DNA of 62,364 bases, filler included, from Sanchytrium tribonematis (taxonomy: Eukaryota): assembly GCA_018985235.1 (NCBI GenBank). It is 14 parts of 14 records of this genome, joined end to end, with 100 filler letters (N's around TTAATTAATTAA, not from the genome) between each part and the next. Parts side by side here need not be neighbours in the genome. Positions count along the whole stretch, not along the records: positions 27,960 to 31,005 come from JADGIG010000920.1; positions 31,106 to 34,150 come from JADGIG010000921.1; positions 34,251 to 37,294 come from JADGIG010000922.1; positions 37,395 to 40,435 come from JADGIG010000923.1; positions 40,536 to 43,574 come from JADGIG010000924.1; 9 more parts are not named here. One strand, 5' to 3'. Made by a program: the position numbers and the translations under genes. The notes under the pieces were generated by a model that worked only from the letters and a program-made list of their open reading frames with translations, was not told the origin of the DNA and did not search any database. Shown here piece by piece: positions 30,179 through 42,061 of this stretch (within the stretch, counting starts at the first letter, position 1; each line of letters opens with the position of its first letter).

Positions 30179-31005
30179 TCAAATTTTTTGTGACATTGTA
30201 ATTTTATCACCCAAACTCAATGCGATTCCCTGAGTCTTTGCACGAATTCTGACGTGTCCAGTGACAGGTTTGTCATCATACTGCTCAATGCAAATATTAG
30301 CGAGGGCATCTTCTCCAAACACACTTCTAGCGTACAAATTGGCTGCCAAAACGCCATTGTGCTCATCCCCAAATTCAGCAGATTTGGTCAAACATTTCAT
30401 ATTTGTACTGCGCAACAAATGATTCAGATAATCTCTCAAAGAAGTCATGTGTGTCATCACATAAACTTTGTTTTCCCACTCATAACTCGTCCAATTAGTG
30501 CGGAATTGCAAATCGGTACATGCAGCTGGTTTGATATAATCTAATATATCAATGTGTATTTCGCCCTTCATAAATAAAAAATACCAAATGAATACTGCTT
30601 GTTTCTTTTGTCAGACCATCAAAAAAGATGGTGCCAAATATGACTCCAGTCTCAGTGGAACTCACTTTAATATTAGCTTTCAATGTTTTATAGCCGGTTT
30701 TACTTCCATAAGGGCCGATATTGAATGGAGTTGGTTTTTCAACCAATTTCAAATCTCCAAGTGTGCTAAATTCCACTGATACGTTTTGTAATGTTTTGTT
30801 ACTTTGATTGACTACGATGATATCGAGTACAATATCATACAAATTGACATGTACATATGTCTCGGCATAAACAGGATCAGACATGCCAGTTAATTGGACA
30901 ATTCTCGAAAGCTTGGATGTCAATTTAGATTCGCTTTGTAAACCAATGGCAGCATTTAGATCTACATCTACAATATCTACAATCTGTTGGTTTCCAGCAT
31001 GAAGA
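30179..31005 (-). CDS. COPB1: coatomer beta subunit, C-terminal part; intron 30566-30584
   Basis: [32 protein letters not shown]; spliced [35 protein letters not shown]. Confidence 0.95.
30566..30584 (-). other. 19-nt spliceosomal intron GTATTTTTTATTTATGAAG
   Basis: GT-AG; removal joins the two COPB frames at a conserved motif. Confidence 0.88.
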
Positions 31006-31105
31006 NNNNNNNNNNNNNNNNNNNNNNNNNNNNNNNNNNNNNNNNNNNNTTAATTAATTAANNNNNNNNNNNNNNNNNNNNNNNNNNNNNNNNNNNNNNN
31101 NNNNN

Positions 31106-32726
31106 TTTCACCATCTGGTACACACCCACAAATAGTCACCATGTGGAATAAATCATCGCTTAATTCCAATTTTTCATTCATTTTATCAATCAAATCACCA
31201 ACAGTCATTAATGTGTCTATTTCATAATTAGTGGGTGTACTTCCAATATAGATAGGCAATTGGACTTCTTTTCCTTGTTCTAATTGCTGTAACTCTTCAA
31301 TGGTGGGTAATAATTGACGATCTTTAAAAACTTCTTTGCCTTTTACAAATCTCAAACAATCTTCTGCTAATGTATTGAATTCTTTGGTATTATTCAATGC
31401 TAAACTCAAGAAATGTCTTTTTAAATAAGGATCTATTTGTGCGGTGGGTTTATTGAAAATAACCAATAATTTCAATAAAATCCATCCACGTCTTTCTGAA
31501 TCACCTACGCCCTTGTTATTGGTAGTTTGTTTGATTAATTGACAAGTAATTTCTTCTAATAGATCCATGGATTTGCGACATGTCTTTAAAATAAATAATG
31601 CAGCTTCTTCTTTACTAATTTTATCATTTGGTAAATCACCCATATAAATCATAATATGCTCAAATGCAATAATAGCATCTTCTTTATTCATTTGATTACA
31701 CATTTGTTGGGTTAATGGGGTTTTAATGACTTGTTTGGAGAATTTGACCAAATCGACTAAATTGGAATTGCCCCAATCTGTCTTTTTATCTTTTCTTTTG
31801 AGGGTACCTGCTGCGACTTGATCTAATTTGATAAAGTATTTCATGGCATAATCAATAAAATGGAATGCTTCTAGTTCTTTTTGAATATTTGGATCAGTTG
31901 TTTTTACAATAACATCATCTCGTGCATTACTGCGTCTGCTTATGGTTGTAGAAACCATTTGACTACCCATTTGACTGGTTTGATTGTCTAATTGATTGCT
32001 CTGATTGCCCAATTGATTGCTAGAATTGGCTCTATTCAACACGGCTTCTGTTTCATCCTTGATTTTACGCATTCTGTATTTGACTGTAAATGCTTCAATC
32101 ACTTTAATATTTGTAAACAAGGGTTGGATTAAGTTCACTGGGATCCAGTCCATGGCTTCACCTACTTCCAAACAGAGCCATAAATTATCTGGTGATCTTT
32201 GAAACACGGTGCCAACTGTGAATTTTTGAATGATTTTATTATGTGGATCAGTAAAATCTTGAATGACCACACCTCTAAATTCTCCCTTGGTGAGTGAGTA
32301 CATATAATTATCATAAACATGTTTCATCATTTTACCAGGTCCATTTAATTCTATTAAATCTTCCTTGGTTGCAAATGAAATGAATTTATCAGTGCAAGAA
32401 TCAATGACAATTTCATCATAATTATAATCTTGACCATCTAATTCGATGCCAGATCCATAAATACGACATTCTATTGGTTTATATGGTTTGTGTTTTTGAT
32501 AACATTTAAAATAATGATGGAAATACTTGGTCAATGCCAATTGTTGGATTAGTGGAAGGATTAAATCAAAATCATCAATCGTGGCATCTTGGAAATTGAA
32601 TTCACCATATTTTGAGATGATATTTTGGTCTCTTTTTAATTGGGCTATTAAGAATTCTTTTTCTTTTGGATTATCAATGACTTCTTCTTGATAGAATGAT
32701 CTTTTAACCACTCGTAATTTCATCAT
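31106..32726 (-). CDS. MyTH4-domain protein with an SH3-like segment (myosin VII/XV-type tail), 3'-partial
   Basis: LVKFSKQVIKTPLT, AFEHIMIYMGD, EITCQLIKQTTNN, RRGWILL, RQLLPTIEEL; DWIPVNLIQ is SH3-like. Confidence 0.8.
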
Positions 32727-32855
32727 TTTGATGTTTCAAATGGTTTCAAATCTATATCAAATTGATTGGATGACGTCGTGTTGAATTTCTAGTTCATTTG
32801 AAATGCAAAGAACATCAATTTTGATTTTCAATTTCATTGATGATCACGTTTTACC

Positions 32856-32912
32856 ATGACGTCATAATTGCATCATATATTGCATCATAAATTGCATCAT
32901 AAATTGCAACAT
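32856..32912. promoter_or_regulatory. cluster of bZIP-type sites: ATGACGTCAT plus four ATTGCA(T/A)CAT at a 12-bp period
   Basis: Palindrome at 32856-32865; repeats start at 32867, 32879, 32891 and 32903, between two divergent genes. Confidence 0.45.
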
Positions 32913-32961
32913 TTTAATCCCGTGACTCCAATTGATACCTGTCCAAGTTGCAAGTCATCAA

Positions 32962-34150
32962 ATGATCTCCTTGATGTTATTTTCTGCCATTTTTGCCATC
33001 CATTTCATCAGAATCACTGATAAAATGACACCATATCAGAATTTAATCGCCACAACCTACAATCAACGCGTGCAAGTAAAAGGATCTTATTTTGACTTGA
33101 ATCAAAAGATCATCTACGATGCACTCATGTTGGATATCCCACATCGGAATTTCATTTACATGACTCAATCTAAGCCATCAGAGGCATATAAACGACAAAA
33201 TATTGTTCCAGATTTTCCAATGTTTCCAGATAATGACCATTCTGATAAACGACCCCTTGAGGAACTACGCCGTCAATTACATTCTCAAGAATACAAAGAC
33301 CAATTTGACAAGGCATCTTATTTAGAGCGTGAATTTTTAATATTCACATTTACAAAAGAATTTCGCACATTTTACTTGGATCAAGAAAGAGGCACTGGTG
33401 ATATCAATTTATATTATCAAATGGGACATGATAGATATGTTAAACACGTCTACACCATGGTCCTTGAGAAATTACAAAGATTCAATTTAAATCCAGATTT
33501 AAAATTTGCTCATAAATATACTTATCAAACCCTCATGTTGCTCTTTCCCAATGGTGAATTTGAACTATCACAATACAAGGATGATATACTAGCACCTGAA
33601 TTGTCTAAAAATGCCATTAGAATGTACAAATTATTGTGTGTATTTCATCAAAATACAACCCCATTGATTCGTGAAATCTTCTCTGATCCATTATTGTTGA
33701 ATTATTTCCCACAAAAACGAAACAAGGTCTATGAAAATGGAGATGAGGTCATTGCTACATTCATTGAAAATCATATTAAGAGTGTTTACAACGTATATGA
33801 AACAGATCCCGTGACTAGAATGTTAATAGAAGTATCAGTATCTCATTGGGGGTTGACAAAAAAGGAATGTCAACTATTTTATTCTAAACCAATTTTAGAG
33901 CAAGTATTTATGGCATCTGTATTTTCTAAACAAACATATTATGTTTTCTTCTTTGAAAATACAAAGAAGATTGACGATTTACCACGAAAAACATGGATTT
34001 TGAGTGATAGTAAGATTATCAAGGTGAATTTGGCTAAATTGTATTTGAAAAAGCCATATAAATCATTTTTAGAGTATATCTTCAAGAGACTGTTTTATAC
34101 AATTGTATTTATTAAAAATATGGAAGCAAAAATTATGGATGTTGATAAAT
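32962..34150 (+). CDS. secreted lineage-specific protein (3'-partial)
   Basis: MISLMLFSAIFA signal-like start; long open frame with no recognised domain. Confidence 0.65.
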
Positions 34151-34761
34151 NNNNNNNNNNNNNNNNNNNNNNNNNNNNNNNNNNNNNNNNNNNNTTAATT
34201 AATTAANNNNNNNNNNNNNNNNNNNNNNNNNNNNNNNNNNNNNNNNNNNNAGTACGCTTCAATAATAGACTTGAGATTGAGTTTCAACAAATTCTTAAAA
34301 TTTCCAATTTCACTGCCATTACGATTAAATGTTCTTAGATTGAACGGACATCAATTTTGAGAATTCCAACTCGTAATTTCGTTTAATTTAGGTCCCGATA
34401 GAACATATTTTAATGGCAAATCCACAAACAGACTAGAATCTTCTGTTTTGCAAATTAATTTCACAGATTCAACAAATTCAACAAAAACGGCACCATTGTT
34501 ATAAAATACTTGGAAATTGAACCAGTTTACAATAGAATTTTCATTGTTTTCAATATTCAAGCTGTTTATAAATGCCGTATTTATTGGTGTCATTTATAAA
34601 AAAACACCATTTAAAAGAGCTAAACCTATAAAACGAAAAGATGAATTGCAAGAAACCCTTCATATTACTTTGAAATAAATATGCTCAAAACATATTTAAT
34701 GTGGCGCTCAACTCTAGGTCATCCAAATTTTATTTGAGAAATGTCCCCCAATTTGAAATCC

Positions 34762-37252
34762 ATGTTATTTATATATTTAACAATGATGACGCGATTATTT
34801 GGAATATCCACTGATTGTCCAAACATCATGAGCTTTTTACAAGGTCTAAATCTTCACATCACAAATCCAATTTTGTATCAAAGTCTCCCAAGCGATTGCT
34901 GCACGATTTATCAACCTGGGTCTGATGGGTACATTGAGGTCACCTGTACAGGAAGTGGATCAAGTCAACATGTCACTGATATCACGATCTCTTCCACGGG
35001 CATTAATGGTACCATCAAAACTCAGTTTCTCCCTGCGACTTTAGCATTACTTGAAATATCTGCGACTCCATTAAATACCACCATCCCAAGCAATTTTCCA
35101 AATTCTATCCAATACCTATTTTTGCATGATAATTATTTAAGAGGATCTATTCCAAATACATTGCCAACGTCGCTAATTATTTTACAAGTCATTTCCAATC
35201 AAATAACAGCACTACCGACTACATATCCCAACACTTTAACACAAATATATTCAAATTATAATGCAATTAAAGCAATGCCTGTAATTCCTTCTACTCTGAC
35301 AAATTTTCAAGTTGGTAATAACCGCATTAATGATAAATTACCAAATTCATTCCCAACATCTTTAACAGACTTTTATGTTAATGATAATTTGATATATGGC
35401 TCATTTCCCACTAATTTTCCTAATAGCCTAAAGATATTACGCTTGCAAAATAATCTCTTAACAGGACCCATGCCAGGCTCACTTCCTACCGCATTAGTCG
35501 AATTTGCAGCTCAAAACAATCAATTAACCACCATTCCTGCGTCTTTTCCAGCTGGTGTTACGACTTTGACTGTGAATAATAATTTGATCACTAAATTGCC
35601 CATTCTTCCATCTCAATTGGCAAATTTTAATATTTCCAATAATTTAATTTATGATAAAATGCCAAATACATTCCCTAGCACATTAGTTAATTTTGATGCC
35701 ACGAACAATTCTATATATGGGACTATTCCCGCTTTGCCTAGCACCATCAAAAAGCTGATTTTAAGTCACAATTTATTGACTGGAAATTTACCAGTTTTGA
35801 CAATTGCGCTCCAACAAGTTTGGCTGGATTACAACACATTAATTGGTAATTTGCCAGCTACATGGCCATCTACATTGACAAATCTCGATTTAGGACACAA
35901 TAATTTGACTGGGAGTATCTCTAGTTTGTCTTCAAGCAGCATCACAAGATTGGATTTGTCTTGGAATCATTTTAGTGGCAATTTACCTGTTTTTAAGACA
36001 ACTGCTTTCTCATTAATAGATTTATCTCATAATCAGTTGAGTGGTGATATTGATTTGGGCTATGCTACAATATCTGATTTAAGATTAAGTTTTAACAAAT
36101 TCTTGAAATATCCAAAAACATTGCCAAAAACAATTAGCAGCTTGTTGTTGGATAATAATGGAATGAATGGGACTATAACTTATGATCTACCATCTACTTT
36201 ATTATATATTGATCTGTCTAGCAATAATTTGACTGGAAATCTTCCAAATTGGCTAGGGACAAATCATTCATTTCTAAATATATCCCATAATTTATTCATT
36301 GGAACAATTCCGACTTCATTTCAATATGTCAATACACTTGATATCTCATTTAATTACTTGAGTGGTTGCGTAAATTATCAGTTTACGGGTTCAAATTTCA
36401 CATTAAATAATAATAATCTCAGTGGCAATTTGTCATTTAAAAATCCTTTGAATTTGTATTTACAGAGTAATAGAATATATGACGTCATAATAAGTAATAC
36501 CTCACTACTGAATCAATGCGACTTGAGCAACAATCCAATGGCACCAGGAGTGTTTGGTAAAACATTTCAAAATCAATGCAATTTGAATGGTATTTACGCA
36601 GATAGTCAGAGCAACTGTAAAACATTCTCATTAAACGAGCTTATTTTTTCTCCAAATGTAGCATTTACTACATCCACATCAGTTGCAATTAGGACAAGTA
36701 AAGTAACATTTTCATCCAAAATTACAGCCACATCAACGATAAAAGTAACCCAATTAAGCTCAAAACAAATATCTGCTACCATTGGCAGTGCAATTGCCTC
36801 CAAAAGTATTAGTTTGACCACATCATTTATCAAATCGATTTATTCAAAATCTGAACTCGCTCAAACTACGTCAGAATTATATTCAGATACACCAGGGACT
36901 GTTTTAGATAAGGCTTTTACAATAGTGACTCGTATTTTTTACTTATCAAGGTCCAATTCGAGTGATTTCAACGAGCACATTGACACTTTCAAAAAACGTC
37001 CTTTACAACGAGTCCTACTCAAATTTGACCAGCGAGAATTTAGAAAGTACAACAGAAAAAATGCAATTATCATCACATAAATGGGAATCACAGACATCCA
37101 AACCACTGGGTACCGCCATTTCACTATTCTCCATTCTTAAACTGGGAATCAACATTTTATTCATAGGTATCATTATTAGAACGGTCCCAGTTCATAAGCG
37201 ATTGAAAACTAAAAGATACGACGAATATTTGGGGACTTTGACACAGAAATAA
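34762..37252 (+). CDS. cell-surface leucine-rich-repeat protein: signal, Cys cap, about 20 LRRs, Ser/Thr stalk, TM; intron 36932-36950
   Basis: LxxLxLxxNxLxGxLP repeats; the spliced frame ends with hydrophobic ISLFSILKLGINILFIGIII and a basic tail. Confidence 0.88.
36932..36950 (+). other. 19-nt spliceosomal intron GTATTTTTTACTTATCAAG
   Basis: GT-AG, fits the consensus; removal puts the TM-containing frame (ORF 36962-37252) in register. Confidence 0.8.
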
Positions 37253-37394
37253 AATTTATTAAATTTTGTGGCATTCATTTGTAGCGTATTTTAANNNNNN
37301 NNNNNNNNNNNNNNNNNNNNNNNNNNNNNNNNNNNNNNTTAATTAATTAANNNNNNNNNNNNNNNNNNNNNNNNNNNNNNNNNNNNNNNNNNNN

Positions 37395-39267
37395 TATAAT
37401 ATTCAAATTTCTTTACCGCATAGACAATGCTAAACAGTTCTTTTTCTCGGATGCTCCAATTCAATTCATGGTTTTTCAAGCACCTAGATACCACTGCAAC
37501 AATGTTGTTATCTTGTCTGAGTACACCTGCTATTCCCACAGCACTGGCATCACATTCGATTGTAAATGGACAATCAAAATCCGGGTGATATGTCAGGATG
37601 GGTGTTTGTATGGCTTTCTTGAGTTGGTTAAAACTTTCCATCTGTTCTTGACCAAACTCAAATTTTACGTCCTTCTTTGTCAATTTGTACAAGGGATAGG
37701 CCATTGTAGCAAATCCCTGAATATGGCCTCGATAGAACGACATCATTCCAATAAATGCCCTTAATTGTTTTAAATTTGTGGGTGGTGGATAATTCAAAAT
37801 GGGTTCAACGCGTTTTGGGTCCGGCGTTACGCCTTTCTCACTAATAGAGAATCCTAAATAATCAACAGCGGTCTGTGCAAACTGACACTTACTTGGATTT
37901 GTCTTCAAATTATAGCTGTCCAAAATTTGAAACACTTTGCCCAGCATCATTTCATGCTGTGCTTCTGTCTCTGTCATCACAATGATGTCATCTTGATACA
38001 CCATCACAGTATCATACAAATGTGCCTTGAAAATATAATCCATGGCTCTTTGGAACGACTTTCCCGCATTTTTTAAGCCGAATGGCATATTTTTATATCG
38101 ATACACGCCGCAATGAGTGACAAAAGTGGTTTTCTTAATATCATCTGGTTCCACTAATAGTTGCCAATAACCCTTCTTGAGATCAATCTTAGAAAAGATC
38201 TTTTTTCCCGCAAAACCAGCTAACATTTCATCCATTCTTGGAAGTGGATATTGATCTGGTACACTCACATGATTGAGTCCTCTGTAATCAACACAGAAAC
38301 GGAACTCATCTGTGGACCGTGGCTTCAATGCCAACACAACTGGTGATGCATACTCTGTTTGTTCCAGCACTTCCTCAATGATGTCATTATCCAACATATA
38401 TTCCACCTCTTTCTCAATAAATTGCTTTTGCCTATAGGATGCCTTATATGGTTTAGATAATTTCGGAACACTGGTTGTTTCAATTCGATGCAGGATTGGA
38501 ATTTTACATCCAATCTGACCCGTAAAGCATCCCATGAATCTCCTTAAAATATCCAAGACGGTGTCTCTTAAATGTGGTATACCAACCTGAATTTCATCAA
38601 AAGTAAACTCGATTTTTACCAATTCCTGACTAGGAATCAGATCATCATTTATATCTTCATCAGAAATAACATGGATTTGGTTATCCGAAATATTTTCTTG
38701 AATTGGTATCGACTTGCCATTAAACTCAATCACTTTCTTTTTCATATTAATCGAATCACACGTATTCAAAAAGTCCAAACCAATAATTAAATCATACTTT
38801 GGATGACTCCAAATACACATAGAAATGTCATGAGATTCACCCGCGACCTGCATCGATAAATCAATTTCTTTTGATATTTGACATGGGTTGGATGCAGTAG
38901 TAAATAGCCTACTACTTTCCTTAGTCAATGAATCCATTTTCAAATCTGAAATAACTCTCTCATTAATAATTGATACGGAACTTCCAGTATCAATCAATCC
39001 ATTGATCATCTTGCCTTCAATCTCAACGGTCATCCAAATAGATTTTGTTTTCTCTTCTGTAAAAACATTGGAAATGTTTCTATTCTTACAATCCTTAGCA
39101 ATATGGGACTTGTCTCCACACAATAAGCATAATCCATTCTTGAATCTTTCATTTTTCAGTTTACGATCCGCATCCCACTTTGGATTTGGGCGTGCATTTT
39201 TGTTATCATATAAATTTCTTTTATCATACGACCCAGAACGTGTTTCCCTTTTATAATGTGGCTTCAC
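37395..39267 (-). CDS. pol: nucleocapsid knuckle plus pol (protease, RT, RNase H), partial
   Basis: CLLCGDKSHIAKDC, LIDTGSS, RFCVDYRGLN, MPFGLKNA, YQDD, IECDAS. Confidence 0.93.
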
Positions 39268-39286
39268 TTTTATAATGTGGCTTCAC
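39249..39286. repeat. perfect 19-bp tandem duplication (TTTTATAATGTGGCTTCAC x2) causing the gag/pol frame break
   Basis: Units at 39249-39267 and 39268-39286; VKPHYK is encoded twice, in different frames. Confidence 0.95.
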
Positions 39287-40429
39287 TTTTATTTCCTTGT
39301 TTTTGTTGTCAAACGTGCGTGATTTGGATGCTGACTCCTTGGACTCAGCAATATCACGAGCCAACAAAAGTGAATCTGGGGGTGGTACATATTCCAAGAC
39401 GCGTTCCTTAACCTCTGGTTTTAATGCCTGAATAAATATGTGTATCTGCATCTGATTAGGAATTCGCTCCGCATCACCTCCATACAATACCAACTTTGAT
39501 TTCAATATTTCAAAGTGATCGTACAAGTTTCTCACAGAATGATCACCTTGCTTCAATCTGTGTATCTTGTACCACGTGTTCCTTAAAGCATTAGGATCCC
39601 TAAATTCTTTTTGGAGCATCTGCTTCAATTTCTTCCAAGTGTTATATTGTTCCATCTGTCTCCAATTGCAAATTTTCAATTGACACTTCTCACTCATGTA
39701 AATTGGAAGATATCCCATCATCAATTTGTCCGTTGTCAAGCCATTCATGACGGCAAACAACTCAAATCTGATAAGAAAGTCATCAATATCATTTTCCGGC
39801 TTGTACAAATCCAACTTGAAATTGACTTTAGGTCTCACAGTCAACTGTTTGAGTTCCTCAATTTGTTTGTCAATTTCCATTGGATCTGAATTGTCCGCAT
39901 CAATCTTCCGTGCTTGTTGAGCGTTTATTTCAGCAATAAATTTTTCCATTTCAGCAATTTGACCCAAACTACGAGTCAACTCCTGCTCTTTAGTCACAAT
40001 AGCATTTTGAAACCCTGCTAATTGCTGTTCCTGACTTGTCATTTGAGCCTGCAGTTGCTCAAATTGACGCTTCATTTCTGTCACTTCTTCTTCAGTGTGG
40101 ACCAAAATTTGGCCCTCCCACGTTGCTTGTGGGTGTTTTGGTTTTACTTCAATGAACACTGGTTCACCATACTTGTTTAAGTATCCGTAATGCGGCAGGA
40201 TACGTCTCAAGTTCTCATTTGAATCAGGTTCACTTAATTCATATTTAAAAGTAATTGGCTTATACTCCTGAACCTCTCGATACATACTAGTACCATTAGG
40301 AATGTCATGAGACTCCTCACAACAACCCCTCGCTACCATGAAATCGCGACTGGCCCCTTGGCCATTGACCACCAGGTCCTTAATTTGTTTTTCAATAAGT
40401 CTGTTCAAATTGTTAATTCGTGAATGCAT
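39251..40429 (-). CDS. gag: retrotransposon gag (coiled coil plus capsid)
   Basis: IDDFLIRFE, TWKKLKQMLQKEF, FIQALKPEVK. Confidence 0.85.
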   Translation of the reverse strand: MHSRINNLNRLIEKQIKDLVVNGQGASRDFMVARGCCEESHDIPNGTSMYREVQEYKPITFKYELSEPDSNENLRRILPHYGYLNKYGEPVFIEVKPKHPQATWEGQILVHTEEEVTEMKRQFEQLQAQMTSQEQQLAGFQNAIVTKEQELTRSLGQIAEMEKFIAEINAQQARKIDADNSDPMEIDKQIEELKQLTVRPKVNFKLDLYKPENDIDDFLIRFELFAVMNGLTTDKLMMGYLPIYMSEKCQLKICNWRQMEQYNTWKKLKQMLQKEFRDPNALRNTWYKIHRLKQGDHSVRNLYDHFEILKSKLVLYGGDAERIPNQMQIHIFIQALKPEVKERVLEYVPPPDSLLLARDIAESKESASKSRTFDNKNKEIKVKPHYKSEATL

Positions 40430-40568
40430 TCTTTANNNNNNNNNNNNNNNNNNNNNNNNNNNNNNNNNNNNNNNNNNNNTTAATTAATTAANNNNNNNNN
40501 NNNNNNNNNNNNNNNNNNNNNNNNNNNNNNNNNNNAAAATAACAATCCTGAAATTTTATAGCTTTTAT

Positions 40569-41168
40569 TCATGACCTCATCTTCGAGTCTCTACGCGGTA
40601 ATAATGTTCTAACCTCGTCTTGCAGATGTCCATAATGCACATTCATACATTTAATTTGCAAAAAACAATATATAAGTGGTAGGAATTTAAAATATGTACT
40701 CGTATGGAGTAACTGGTGCTGTATAATATACCCTTCTACAATTCCATTTATAAAATATAACGTCAAACTTAAAATTGATCTTTCTTTAAGCGTATAAACA
40801 AAGTTGAAGATCTCATGGTCTTGCTGAAGCGTTCTGCTAACATACAAACATTGAGAATTATGTCTCAGTATTCCGTAATCAACGTAATTAGACAATGAAC
40901 AACTCAAATACCAAATATAAAATAATGGATTTAATGTCATACTGCCGAATAGAATGAATTTAAATAAGGTATCAAAGAACACCACTGGCTTCTTTTTCTC
41001 TTCCAATACTAAATGAAGGCTACTCAACATCAACGCAATCCAAAAAGCAGTGAATAAAATCGGAGCTGATATAAATATTGTCAGTATCGAGCAAAATAGT
41101 GCTCGAATCCAAAGTTGATGCATGGTGGAAAAATAAGCAAATTCAATTTGCAGTAGCTCAATTGACAT
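40569..41168 (-). CDS. multi-pass membrane protein, unknown function
   Basis: ATG-started 199-aa ORF with several hydrophobic segments. Confidence 0.55.
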   Translation of the reverse strand: MSIELLQIEFAYFSTMHQLWIRALFCSILTIFISAPILFTAFWIALMLSSLHLVLEEKKKPVVFFDTLFKFILFGSMTLNPLFYIWYLSCSLSNYVDYGILRHNSQCLYVSRTLQQDHEIFNFVYTLKERSILSLTLYFINGIVEGYIIQHQLLHTSTYFKFLPLIYCFLQIKCMNVHYGHLQDEVRTLLPRRDSKMRS

Positions 41169-41512
41169 TTCTAAAAAATGGGTAATTTTGTTTGCCGAAA
41201 GGCCAATCAGAAAGTGTTAGACACGACTTGAAAATATGGTATTAGCAATGAAAGTTGCTAAAAGAAGAGAGAACAGGAACAGATAAATGGGCCACAATCT
41301 AACAATTGAAATGGATGTTGATTAGTCACTAAATACAGACTTTAAGCTAAACAATTTAAAGCTCGCTTTTAATCGTAGCTTATTGAGTCTTAGATCTTTC
41401 TATGAGAAGCTTGGTCAAAGAAAAAAGTACGACGGGCATTTGCCATTCAGCGTGATTTGGATCAGGAGGACGGAGTTTTGACAACGCCACTGAAAGGAGA
41501 AATTGGTTAAAC

Positions 41513-42025
41513 ATGCTTTTTGCTTCTCTTTCTTTGATTTTTGCACAAGATGCGACAACCCCCACTGCCACAACTGCAGCAACTACGGCTCCATCGTCTT
41601 CTACTGCAGGCTCTTGCTCTCAGGTCGCCGAATTCACTTCATGTCAAAGTTCCTTCCAAGCGCAAAAGATTCAAACTTGTGATAGACAAGTTCAAGCGAG
41701 CCAAGCAATATCTCAAGCATCTTGTAACTTAAAAGTGATGCAGCAAACCTTAAGCTGTTATAATTTCTGCAATATTCCTAGCAGTGGAGACGAAAGAAAA
41801 AACTATGCTCAGCAAGTTGACCAACAATCCAAAAACTTACAAGAACTAAAAGCAAAAGCGAGTCCAACACCTACTGCAAGCAACTCAACATCTTCTGATC
41901 CTACAGAGACTGAAGATCCAAGCACTGGCTCCAATCCTAATGGAAAGACTTCATTTGGAAATAGTGATGCTTCATTGATTGAAATCACTTTCACTTTTCT
42001 ATTGGGCTTTCTTGCGTATTTGTAA
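41513..42025 (+). CDS. GPI-anchored, Cys-containing surface protein
   Basis: MLFASLSLIFA signal, 6-Cys domain, Ser/Thr stalk, SDA plus hydrophobic C terminus. Confidence 0.75.
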   Translation: MLFASLSLIFAQDATTPTATTAATTAPSSSTAGSCSQVAEFTSCQSSFQAQKIQTCDRQVQASQAISQASCNLKVMQQTLSCYNFCNIPSSGDERKNYAQQVDQQSKNLQELKAKASPTPTASNSTSSDPTETEDPSTGSNPNGKTSFGNSDASLIEITFTFLLGFLAYL

Positions 42026-42061
42026 GGAATAAATTTTTATGAGATTATTTTTGAAACAACA

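Larger units (their letters stand above)
37395..40435 (-). mobile_element. Ty3/Gypsy LTR retrotransposon internal region (gag, protease, RT, RNase H; LTRs and integrase lie outside the contig)
   Basis: Domain order PR-RT-RH; retrotransposon gag capsid-like region with LKQGDHSV. Confidence 0.95.

Noticed and set aside
34251..34593. 80-aa ORF whose frame stays open for 33 codons after a TGA
   Set aside because: No recognisable family and truncated by the contig end; cannot distinguish a pseudogene from chance.
41178..41330. ATGG followed by a 20-nt GT-AG segment (GTAATTTTGTTTGCCGAAAG)
   Set aside because: It lacks the -6 A and the spliced product is only about 15 codons; unsupported.
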